Below, in pieces: positions 28,486 to 37,929 of a stretch of 64,000 bases of DNA. The notes under the pieces are model-generated. The model saw only the letters and a list, made by a program, of their open reading frames with translations, was not told where the DNA came from and ran no database searches. Positions within the stretch are counted from its first letter, which is position 1. Each line of letters starts with the position of its first letter. Source of the DNA: Octopus vulgaris. Its lineage: Eukaryota. The position numbers and the translations under genes are program-made. The stretch lies in NCBI GenBank assembly GCA_951406725.2, contig OX597816.1:145142001-145206000 (forward strand), given 5' to 3'.

Positions 28486-28664
28486 GAACTGTTGCTGCTC
28501 ATGTATTTTAATCTAACTTAAAAAAAAAAAAAAAAAAAAAAAAAATGAACGAACTTCTGAGTTTGGTTTAATGGCCTACCAATATACACTATGAGTTTCT
28601 TTGCCCTAGGAGTCGGGAAGACACTCGGCAAGAAATGGAAGAAAATTTGAAGAAAAAAAAAAAA

Positions 28665-28665
<1 letters not shown>

Positions 28666-28729
<64 letters not shown>

Positions 28730-28750
28730 TATTATTATTATTATTATTAT
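28666..28750. repeat. (TAA)n switching to (TTA)n
   Basis: Read directly; strand switch at about 28729. Confidence 0.95.
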
Positions 28751-29466
28751 AGACCACAATAGACCACCTAATCTCAGGGTGTAGAGTCTTAGCACCTGCA
28801 GAATATAAAGCAAGACATGACAGAGTCGGCCAGTAGTTACATTGGACTATATGTCAGTATTATAATATCAAAACCGCTGATAAATGGTATAAACACCATC
28901 CTGAAGCTGTGACTGAGGGAGAAAATGTGTCGATTCTCTGGGACTTGCCCGTACAGACCGACAAGACTATAAAAGCTAATAAACCGGATATTATTATATA
29001 AGATCAGACAAAAAAGATGTGTTTATTAATTGACATGTGTATCCCTTGCGATCACAATATAGCGGCGAAAGAATTTGACAAGATTAGTAACTATTAAGAC
29101 CTGCTAATAGAAATTGAAAAAATGTGGCATCTCAAGGCGACTACGGTACCAGTGATTGTAGGATCTCTAGGAATGATAAAAAAAAAGTACTGAAACCTAT
29201 TTGAAAATGATTCCAGGCTTACCATCCCTACAGGAAGTGCAAAAAAATCGTATTAACTGGAACGGCTCATGTACTGAGAAGAGAATTATCGCTGTGAAAA
29301 CAACATCCATCCATGAATTTATTTATTTGTTAATTTTTAAATACATATTTATCTGTGAATTTGCGCGTGTAATCTGGGAATGCATACAATGAGCTTCTCT
29401 GCCCTAGGTGTATGGAAAATACTCGGCGAGAAACGGAAGAAAATTTGAAGAAAGAAGGAAAAAAAC

Positions 29467-29468
<2 letters not shown>
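28751..29468 (+). mobile_element. R4/Dong-like retrotransposon, diverged subfamily A2, 5'-truncated
   Basis: Collinear with 27945-28660 but with many substitutions and small indels; ends in (AAT)n. Confidence 0.88.
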
Positions 29469-29501
<33 letters not shown>

Positions 29502-29725
29502 CATTATAGTAATAACAACAGCAGCAGCAGCAAGAGCGATAATGCCATCTCCTCTCCCTCCTCCTCCTTTTCCTTTTTTCTTCTCCCTCCTCTATCCCCG
29601 ACTCCCTCCCCACTGCATTCTCCTCTCTACCATCCACTCTCCATTTCGCCCATGTTCTCTCCCTCCTCCTCTCCCGCACCTTCAGTCAATCACGTGCTGA
29701 ATTCAAAAATTCAACGATGTAGACA

Positions 29726-29726
<1 letters not shown>

Positions 29727-29811
<85 letters not shown>
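29727..29811. repeat. (TA)n(TG)n microsatellite
   Basis: Read directly. Confidence 0.97.
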
Positions 29812-29816
<5 letters not shown>

Positions 29817-29923
29817 TATAATGATATGGGTGAAAATTTGAATATTAATGTGATTAATATCAATTTAAAACCAGTAGTCTAGCATATTGAAAAACCTGAA
29901 GATTCAGAAAAAATTATATTACA

Positions 29924-29970
<47 letters not shown>

Positions 29971-30083
29971 TTATATATGAGGATAATATCGATATTTAAG
30001 TGTCGAAATTATCAAGTGGCCAGCATGAAAGAAATACCTTACAAAGGTAAAAAAATTTTTAACAATTAAAAATTAAACCTCAT

Positions 30084-30134
<51 letters not shown>

Positions 30135-30389
30135 TATATATATATATGGGTGTGTGTGATTGTGTATAGAAGAATATATTAATAAAAAGAATTCCAACCT
30201 TGTCTGATTTTCACGTTTTATTTACAATCTTATAATGATATATTATAAGATAATATATTATAATTGAATAAAATAAAATGAAATAGTAGAATGTTAAATA
30301 TTCATTCTGATTGAACTAGTACTTTCATGCATTGAATTCTGCAATCTTCGGGTTCATGTAGTAGTGTTGACAGTCATGCTTCACAATTT

Positions 30390-30540
30390 TTGACTGTAGC
30401 AAGATGAGTGATTCTGTGCTATAAATACAGCTGGGTAGGCTCCAGAGTGCTAGGTTTTGCAAACTGTATTCTGACCAATCAGTGTGTAGTATCACTCAAT
30501 TACTTAAGCTGATTGGTTGGTTGAGCTGATTGGTTTAGGC
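30390..30540 (-). promoter_or_regulatory. Candidate core promoter: three CCAATCAG boxes and a TATA-like motif
   Basis: CCAAT at 30475-30479 (+); ATTGG at 30512-30516 and 30529-30533, all in NF-Y-type CCAATCAG context; ctataaata at 30419-30427. No downstream gene identified. Confidence 0.25.
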
Positions 30541-30850
30541 ATCACGCTTTGTTGGACAGGTCAAGAGTCCTGTATCTTGACCCTGGCCGAAGCAGCAATT
30601 GTTGGGTTATTTTTAGAAATGTTGTAAATATCCTTTGTCAGAGATTTTTATATTTTTATATTTCAATTGTCATCATCATCATTGTCAGCACCTTAATTAT
30701 TGTTGCTAGTGGTGATGGTGGTGGCAATAGAACTTTTAACCCTAAATAAGATAATTTTCCTGCTATCTTCGTCTTGATCACCTTTAGTATTGTTGTTGTT
30801 GTTAGTGGTCATGGTCGTAGCAGTGGAAGTAATACCTCTAAGTATTATTA

Positions 30851-33178
30851 TTATTGCTTATTTAGCTTGGGTTCGAATTTATCAATAAAATTCTTTTCTC
30901 TGATTTTCCTCTCGATTTCACTTGGGCTGTGTAATTTGTAGAATGGAAATATTATATATATTTTCCGACCACATGTTGCTAGGTGGTTACTCAAAGGTAT
31001 CTGACGGACCTCTGGGTCTCTAATCTGTTGCCGGTGTACACGTGAGCGTTCTAATAGTGCGTTTCCCGTCTGACCTACATATATTTCTTCACAATTTGGG
31101 CATTTGATGCAGTAAATTAAATTTCTGCTTTTGCAGTTCATATTCGCGTTTGTGAATATTTTCCCGCTTTTTGTGTTTATATATTGACCGGTATGTATGA
31201 ATTGGCATGTGCCACATCGGCTATCATTGCATTTAGATACCGTGAATGTTTGGTCTTTGTTGCTGAGGTCAAATTTTGCCTTTGTTAGTAATGTTTTCAA
31301 GTTTTTAGGCTGTCTTTTACTAAGCACCATAGCTCGATCCTTGATTATGTCTTTTAATTCATTACTTTGGGCAATGATTGGTAGGTTTGCTTTGGCAATG
31401 TTGAAGATATTCTGGTGACATGGGTTGTGTGTCACTATGAATGGTATGACTTGTTCTTGTTTTCCTCTTCCTTGGGTTGTCCTAAGTTGTTGTATAGGTA
31501 TTTTTATAGCCCGCTGTATGCCATTTTCTATAAGTAGAGATGGGTATTTTTGTTTGAGCAAAAATTCTCTTAGTTCTATTAGGCGTTTGTTCCTGATATT
31601 TGCATCTTCTACAATAGTACAAATTCTTCTGGCTAGGCAGTATGGGATGTTACGTTTTGTATGTGGTGGATGGCACGACTTAAAATTTAGGTATTGATGT
31701 GTGTCTGTGTGTTTATAGTATATATCTGTGGTGATGGTGGTGTCTTTTTTAATTACCATTATATCCAGGAATGGTAATTTGGTACTACTCATCTCCTTTG
31801 TAAATTTGAGAGATGGGTGTAGGTTGTTCAGGAGGATATTGAACTCTTCCAGAGTATTTAGAGATTCTGTCCAGATTATGAAACAGTCGTCTAGGTATCT
31901 CTTCCATGCCTTTTCAATATACTTTCTAAATCCAGTGCCATAGTTTACCTCCACCTCTTGGTAGAGTTGTTCTTCTAAGTATCCCATTACAGAGTTGGCG
32001 TAAACGGGAGCAAACCTCGTTCCCATCGCCGTGCCTCTAATTTGGATGTAATTCTTTCCATTGAAGAAGAATGTGTTATTTTCTAGAATAAGTTTGACTG
32101 TGTCTAATATAAATGGCACTGTGAATCTGCTGGGAATCACTTCTCTATGTTTTTCTAACCAGTATTTAATCGCCTTTATTCCTAAATCGTGTGGAATATT
32201 GGTGTAGAGGCTTACCACATCAAAACTTAGTAAAACTGAATTTGTTTCTGTTGTTTTGGGAAGATGGGACAGGAAGTCGATGTCATCCCTGATGAAACTT
32301 GGTATGTAAGTACATAGTGGTTTCAAAACAATGTCAATAAAATTGCTTAGACGGTGTGTAGGGCATGCTGGACCAGCTATAATAGGTCTAAGTTTTAGGT
32401 CTTTTGGATGTAATAATTTTATGTACTCACTTTCTTGTTCTTTTACTGCCTGTTGAATGTTTTTTGATTTGTGTATTTTTGGTAAACCGTAGAAGTTGCT
32501 GGGTTTTGGTTCAAAATTGGTGATGTAGTCTTTTTCATTATCCGTAAGTGAGTTGTGGTGTGTTGAAATCAGGTTGTTGATCTTTTTCATGATGTGGTGG
32601 TCTATATTTGCGGGTATTTCACAATAGAAGGTTGTATCCTTCAGTTGGTCTTCAACCAAATCCTTATAGTATTCGGTATCCATAATAACAATTGCACCAC
32701 CTTTATCTGCTTGTTTAATTATTATTGTTTGATCGTTTTGTATACGTTTACATGCAGACATCTCTGATTTGCTAATGTTTGGCCTAACATTGGTATTGCG
32801 TCTAAGGGGAAATTTAGACAGGATATCAATGTATTGGTCAAGGTAGTTATTTCTTCCTTTTGGTGGGGTGAAATTTGATTTATTCCTTACTAGGGATTCA
32901 TCAATCTCATTACTTTTGTTAGCGAAGAATTCTACAAGTCGTAATTTTCGACAGAATTTTTGGATATCCTCCTTTAATTCTTGGTGGTTGGCTGTTGGTG
33001 TAGGTGTGAATTTCAGTCCTTTTGACAGAAGTTGGATTTCATCATTGTCAAGATCTCTTTTTGATAAATTAATTATTTTAGGATCTATACGTTCAGTTGT
33101 TTGGGGTATGTTTCCTCTTGGATTTTTTCTTTCTCCGGTGTTTGTTGTCCTGACGTAAAAAAATGGATTTTTTTCTGG
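30851..33178 (-). CDS. PLE ORF2: reverse transcriptase + GIY-YIG endonuclease (775 sense codons stop-to-stop; first Met only at 32761)
   Basis: Hand translation upstream of the listed 636-aa ORF gives IINLSKRDL..DEIQLLSKGLKFTPTP (PLE N-terminal motif). RT: SFDVVSLYTNIP, GTAMGTRFAPVYAN, RYLDD, LPFLD. EN: CKSRNLIYCIKCPNC..IYVGQTG...R..H...E..FI....PKLN. Confidence 0.92.
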   Translation of the reverse strand, partial: PEKNPFFYVRTTNTGERKNPRGNIPQTTERIDPKIINLSKRDLDNDEIQLLSKGLKFTPTPTANHQELKEDIQKFCRKLRLVEFFANKSNEIDESLVRNKSNFTPPKGRNNYLDQYIDILSKFPLRRNTNVRPNISKSEMSACKRIQNDQTIIIKQADKGGAIVIMDTEYYKDLVEDQLKDTTFYCEIPANIDHHIMKKINNLISTHHNSLTDNEKDYITNFEPKPSNFYGLPKIHKSKNIQQAVKEQESEYIKLLHPKDLKLRPIIAGPACPTHRLSNFIDIVLKPLCTYIPSFIRDDIDFLSHLPKTTETNSVLLSFDVVSLYTNIPHDLGIKAIKYWLEKHREVIPSRFTVPFILDTVKLILENNTFFFNGKNYIQIRGTAMGTRFAPVYANSVMGYLEEQLYQEVEVNYGTGFRKYIEKAWKRYLDDCFIIWTESLNTLEEFNILLNNLHPSLKFTKEMSSTKLPFLDIMVIKKDTTITTDIYYKHTDTHQYLNFKSCHPPHTKRNIPYCLARRICTIVEDANIRNKRLIELREFLLKQKYPSLLIENGIQRAIKIPIQQLRTTQGRGKQEQVIPFIVTHNPCHQNIFNIAKANLPIIAQSNELKDIIKDRAMVLSKRQPKNLKTLLTKAKFDLSNKDQTFTVSKCNDSRCGTCQFIHTGQYINTKSGKIFTNANMNCKSRNLIYCIKCPNCEEIYVGQTGNALLERSRVHRQQIRDPEVRQIPLSNHLATCGRKIYIIFPFYKLHSPSEIERKIREKNFIDKFEPKLNKQ

Positions 33179-34326
33179 TTATGATTTATATTCCTGTTGA
33201 TGTTTGCTTGATGAATTTTGCGTTTTGGTTGTGGTACTTTACTTGGTTTCGTTATGTTTTCTGTCTTGTTTTTGGTATTATGTATGCTACTTGTCAATTT
33301 CTTGTTAGCATTGTTTTTAACCACCTGGAGAAATGATCTGGGTTTACTTCTAGATCTAGATCGGTTTTTTGTCCAGTTTCTTGTGGGTAATCTCTGTTGA
33401 GGTCTTGAAAATGATCTCCTGTTATTTCTACTGCTAATGGTCTGTTCAAAACAATATCTATTTTGTTTGTGCTTTTTGTTCATGTGTGCATTAGGGTGTT
33501 TGCATACAAAATGGGAAGAGTTCTTACCGTAGTTCGTCTTCGATTCGTGGTGAAACGGTTGTTCATGTTGCCACGTGTTCTGGTGTATGTTGCGTTGGTG
33601 AGGTTGTCCACTTTTAATGCTATTTCTCGGAGTTCTGGTGTCTTTACCGTAATTTGTAGCATATTTGTCTAGAAATAATTGTTTCCGCTGCCAAAACTTT
33701 CTTGATCTGCTTTCTTCTTTTGAGATATCTCTGATCCATAGTTCTCGCATTTTTTCTGCTATATTGCCGGTCGTTAGTTTGGATATTTCATCTCTGATTT
33801 GATCATCGATAGCTTCGTATTTGGCTTTGTAGCGGGATTGTTTAGACAGGGTAATGGAGATGTCGGTCCTGAATTTTATCAAACTAAGGTCCCATCGAAG
33901 TTTAGTTTCTTCCTCTGGTTCTCCTGCAATTTCTTTAATTAGGTACTTCCGAGGAAGTATGGGTGCCGCTAAAGATATCCATTTCGAATGTATTTCAGCA
34001 TATTTTTCGCATTTATATGCCTTCCAGAAGTTTTGTTTTCTTATGTTAAGGAGTTTTTTCCATGTCTTCTGTATCTCTTCTCTTTTTCGGTGTGCCTCTT
34101 TTTCCAGATTTCTTTCGTTTATTTCTGACATCCAAGGAGGTTGTGGTAGGCTTTCTCTTGTAGATTTTATAATTGTTGGTATCATTTCAGCTAAATTCTT
34201 AATTTCAGAGTTTATGTGTTCATTTCCAAGTTTTCCGTCTGTAGACTGTTTTTCTATTTCCTTTAAAATAGAGGATTGTGTGTCAATCATCGTGATGAGT
34301 GTTGATAATTTCGATGAAATTTCCAT
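33085..34326 (-). CDS. PLE ORF1, 413 aa, helical N-terminal half and basic R/S/K-rich C-terminal half; function unknown
   Basis: Uninterrupted frame from ATG 34326 (MEISSKLS) directly upstream of and overlapping ORF2. The extra 37 N-terminal residues in the track run through a (TA)n repeat and are probably spurious. Confidence 0.75.
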   Translation of the reverse strand: MEISSKLSTLITMIDTQSSILKEIEKQSTDGKLGNEHINSEIKNLAEMIPTIIKSTRESLPQPPWMSEINERNLEKEAHRKREEIQKTWKKLLNIRKQNFWKAYKCEKYAEIHSKWISLAAPILPRKYLIKEIAGEPEEETKLRWDLSLIKFRTDISITLSKQSRYKAKYEAIDDQIRDEISKLTTGNIAEKMRELWIRDISKEESRSRKFWQRKQLFLDKYATNYGKDTRTPRNSIKSGQPHQRNIHQNTWQHEQPFHHESKTNYGKNSSHFVCKHPNAHMNKKHKQNRYCFEQTISSRNNRRSFSRPQQRLPTRNWTKNRSRSRSKPRSFLQVVKNNANKKLTSSIHNTKNKTENITKPSKVPQPKRKIHQANINRNINHNQKKIHFFTSGQQTPEKEKIQEETYPKQLNV

Positions 34327-34429
34327 TAGAATTCTTTCGGATTCTGTATATATATATATATACATACACTGGGAAAGAAAGACTAGGTAGTGGGAAAGAC
34401 AAGCAACAACATAAGAGACACATGTCAGA

Positions 34430-35995
34430 CCAAACACGAACCGAAAGGGAAAAATAATAATAGCGTTACCAATAAGGAAGGGACAACTGGCACCAACGAC
34501 TTAAGTGATTTAAGTGAGGAAGATCAGAAGATTTTAGATGAGTTGCTGGTAGTAATGAGTAAAGAAGTAAGAAAAAGATTGCCAGCATTAAAAGACATCA
34601 ATGGAAGGAAGCTACAAGAAATGGCTAGGAAAGTAGATTCTGTTATCAGTAAGACAGATACTAAAATAGAGAAGACATTAACTTCTTAATCTATGCAGGA
34701 GGGGAAGTAGTCACCAGAAGATTAGATGCCTCACGGGGAAAGATTAAAAAAGAGCAAATGTGGAAAAGGAGATTACAAAATAAAGTAAAGACTTTAAGAC
34801 AAAATCTGAGTAGAATAGAAGCCTGGAAAAGAAACAAGTTAGAAAGCACAAGATGCAAATCTTCCTTCGGATAAAGATACTTAGTCAAAGAGAAAGGATT
34901 TGGGACAATAATAGACGAGTTAAAACAGCGTATCATAGCAGTAGCAGGCAAGCTCTCCAGATATCAGAAAAGAATAGATCGGTATCAACAGAATAGGTTA
35001 TTTGAGACAGACTAGAGGAGATTTTATAACCAAATAAATAATGAAGAACGAAGTACTGAAGATGAGAAAACTAATGCAGAAGAAGCTAGAAAGTGCTGGA
35101 GTAATATTTGAGATAAGCCAGTCAATCATAATGGAGATGCGGTATGGTTAAAAAAAATGGGGGAAGAAGTAGTGAGTGAGAAGCAGTGAGATCTAAGATT
35201 AACTAGTGCATTAATGAGTAAAGTGTTAAGACAAATGCCGAATGGGAAGGGCCTTTGGACTAGATTTAGTTCAAGAGTACTGGCTAAAGCAATTAAGTAG
35301 TTTACATGGGAGGCTGAGGGAACAACTTCAAGATTGCCTTAATGGAGGAATAAAACCAGATTGGATGACTAGAGGGAGAACAAAACTCTTTACGAAGGAT
35401 AAGAGCATGGATAATACAGCTAGCAACTATAGACCAATCACTTGATTACCATTAGTGTGGAAGCTGTTAACAGAAATGATTTCAAAAAGCATTTACAAAT
35501 CCTTGACAGCCAAAAGTTACTACCAGAAGAACAGAAAGGTTGTTGGAACAAGCCTAGAGGGAGGCATGATCTCTTATATACAGACAAAGCAGTTCTGAAT
35601 GAAGTAAAATCTAGAAAGAAAAATCTAACAATAGCATGGGTAGATTACAAGATAACTTATGACATGATCCAACACTCATGGATAAGTGAATGTTTGATTA
35701 TGTTCAGTATACCAGACAGCATAAGAGAATTAATTAGCTTTAGCAAAAAGAAACGGAAAGTAGATACTCAGATGACACACTCTTAGGGAAAGTTAATATC
35801 AAAAGAGCAATTTTCCATGGGAATTCGTTGTCCCCTTTAATATTTGTCTTATGTTTGATCTCACTCAGTTTAGTATTGAGGAAGGCAAAGGTAGGGTATC
35901 AGTTCAGAAATAGAAATGGAAAAATTAACCATGCATGATATGAAGCTTTTTAATAAGAATGAAAAAGAGATAGGTTCCTTAATACAAACTGTAAG
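34430..35995 (+). mobile_element. Decayed R4/Dong-like retrotransposon fragment, family D
   Basis: Broken frames with ELKQRIIAVAGKLSRYQKR, WLKQLSSLH, NYRPIT, AWVDYK.TYDMIQHSW motifs. Confidence 0.82.
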
Positions 35996-36051
35996 ACTCT
36001 TCATCAGCAACAACAACAAAAAGAACAATAACAACAATAATAATATTAATA

Positions 36052-36589
36052 TCTTATGATGCGATACCAGTCAGTGGCTTTCGTGACATTCTAATTTTAA
36101 CTGATTGAAAGTGTTAGCATGTACATGTTTTTCGTATTATAAAAGATGGGCTACAACAAATATTCTGTTCAATGCCAAAGGTTTACTTGTCAGTTGATTG
36201 ATCTTAACCTATCTTTTAATAACTGACGGTATATGTGCATCCTTGATCATGAGCAGGAATAGTGGGAGAGCATCATAGCCACGTATTGAGAGAAATTCTT
36301 TTGGGTTTTGATGATTAACCCCTGCAAAAATAAATGTTTCTTTCATCTTCCTTAAACAAACCTTATTCAGGGACCTTTTGAGAGCGATGGGCTACTCGAC
36401 CTGACAAAATTGTAACTGGGCTCCTCCTGCAAGGTCATATACTGTTTATGTTGATATGAGATTGCCATGTCGCGTTCATTTGGTTGTGATGCATGTGCCT
36501 GGTGTATCTTTATCAGACGGGTAGTGATATTGGACTTCGTATATTTGTATTCTAGCGTCACTTTCATGGCATGTGTTGCTCCATCACTC
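36052..36589 (+). mobile_element. Element C, copy C4 (old, diverged, full length)
   Basis: Collinear with C1 from about the same 5' start to tcactc + aataataat. Confidence 0.75.
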
Positions 36590-37929
36590 AATAATAATGA
36601 CACACAACGAAAATTGAACTCTCTTTGTGATGTCTCCATTCTCTGGATTAGATGTCTATTTATGCTAATATCAGGAGTAAACTAAATATTTAAAGTAACG
36701 TTACTCGAAACAAATTTTCGAACTGAAGTAATAGAAAAATAGGTAGGTCTAGTAAATCGTTTATTAGTATGTCTTATACAACACAGAAAACTACTGTATC
36801 AATAGTAAATCCAGTATGGGAAATGTGATGCACAGTTAAACTACAAAATAAAGGATAGAGTCCACAGTACGAGGCGGACAGAGGCACAATGTGGTAATAC
36901 AATGAACAAATTATATTTTGGTGGAATAGTTCATAGTGCGGATGAAAAGGTTGAATGAAATTGGTGCGAATACAATGTGAAAAACACTGTACGCATACTA
37001 TACATATATCCAGAGGGCAGTGGTTTTCAAGCTTCAGAATCCATAAGTATAAATTTATGTTAAGAATACTTATTAGGTACGTATAACGTAAGTGTAATTC
37101 TTCGTGCACCACTTTGAATAAATAGCTCTATGAAATATTAATAATTCCAATTTCAGAGCGGTGATATATAACTTTTAGAAGTAACTTGAACCAAATGACA
37201 AATCTAGAATAAACTACGGAACATACATTAAAATAATAATACATATTTTATATAACCTTTACCTGGTTGTGAAAATTGCTTTCAGCAGAAATATGTTTAT
37301 AAATTATATAAGCATACATCTTGCCCCTATCTGGGGACAGACTCTCAAGTACAAGAGAATAACTGGCATTTTATTTGCCATCATTGCAACATTTGAAATT
37401 GCCGGATGATACCAGTCCGAGGCGAAAATTCAAAATAAATAAGATAACACATCTTTACGTGTAAAATTAGAAAGTGGTCAAACAGCAGAATTGCATGTTG
37501 AATTATTAAATTTCTCAGAATATATTAATACGGAAACACTAACTAGTATATAGTCACGTAATGCTCTGGTACACGTCAATCGATTTCCTGATGGTAATAG
37601 AAAAAACAATATTGTTTTGAAAGAATATAAAAGAAAAAAGTGTTCCTTTTAATTTATACATCTGCTTATATTTTTCACGTGTCATACTGCAGAAATTATA
37701 CATATTGTTTGCTTCTTTTATGCGTTATAGCCCAAAGGCTATGGCTGTGTTGGGGTACGATCAGTGTTATCACATATTCAATGGCAATTCTTTTGTGATT
37801 GGCTTTTGGTGAAAGAAGGAGTTCAATATTGCTACACTCTTTTGAGTTTCTTGTAGTGATGTAAGTTGATCCGCGAATTTGGACAGCAGAAGGAGGTCAA
37901 GTTGTTCCATCAAAATATCTATCCTAGTC

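Larger units (their letters stand above)
24770..28665 (+). mobile_element. Near full-length R4/Dong-like RLE non-LTR retrotransposon, family A (inactivated); 5' boundary approximate
   Basis: Collinear N-terminal domain, RT, CCHC finger and PD-(D/E)xK endonuclease; 3'UTR with internal poly(A), a hairpin and an A-rich end running into (TAA)n. At least three frame disruptions (about 26090, an apparent deletion at about 27444, about 27690). Confidence 0.93.
30851..34345 (-). mobile_element. Penelope-like element (PLE), two overlapping ORFs, possibly intact
   Basis: Upstream ORF1 plus RT/GIY-YIG ORF2 without internal stops; the 5' side abuts (TA)n at 34346-34362; the ORF2 stop lies in a short (TAA)n run with no recognisable 3' pseudo-LTR. 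Confidence 0.93.

Noticed and set aside
36780-37560. Protein-like but interrupted frames (LYFGGIVHSADEKVE..., KYKRITGILFAIIATF)
   Set aside because: Frequent stops and no recognisable family; cannot be called a pseudogene without a search.
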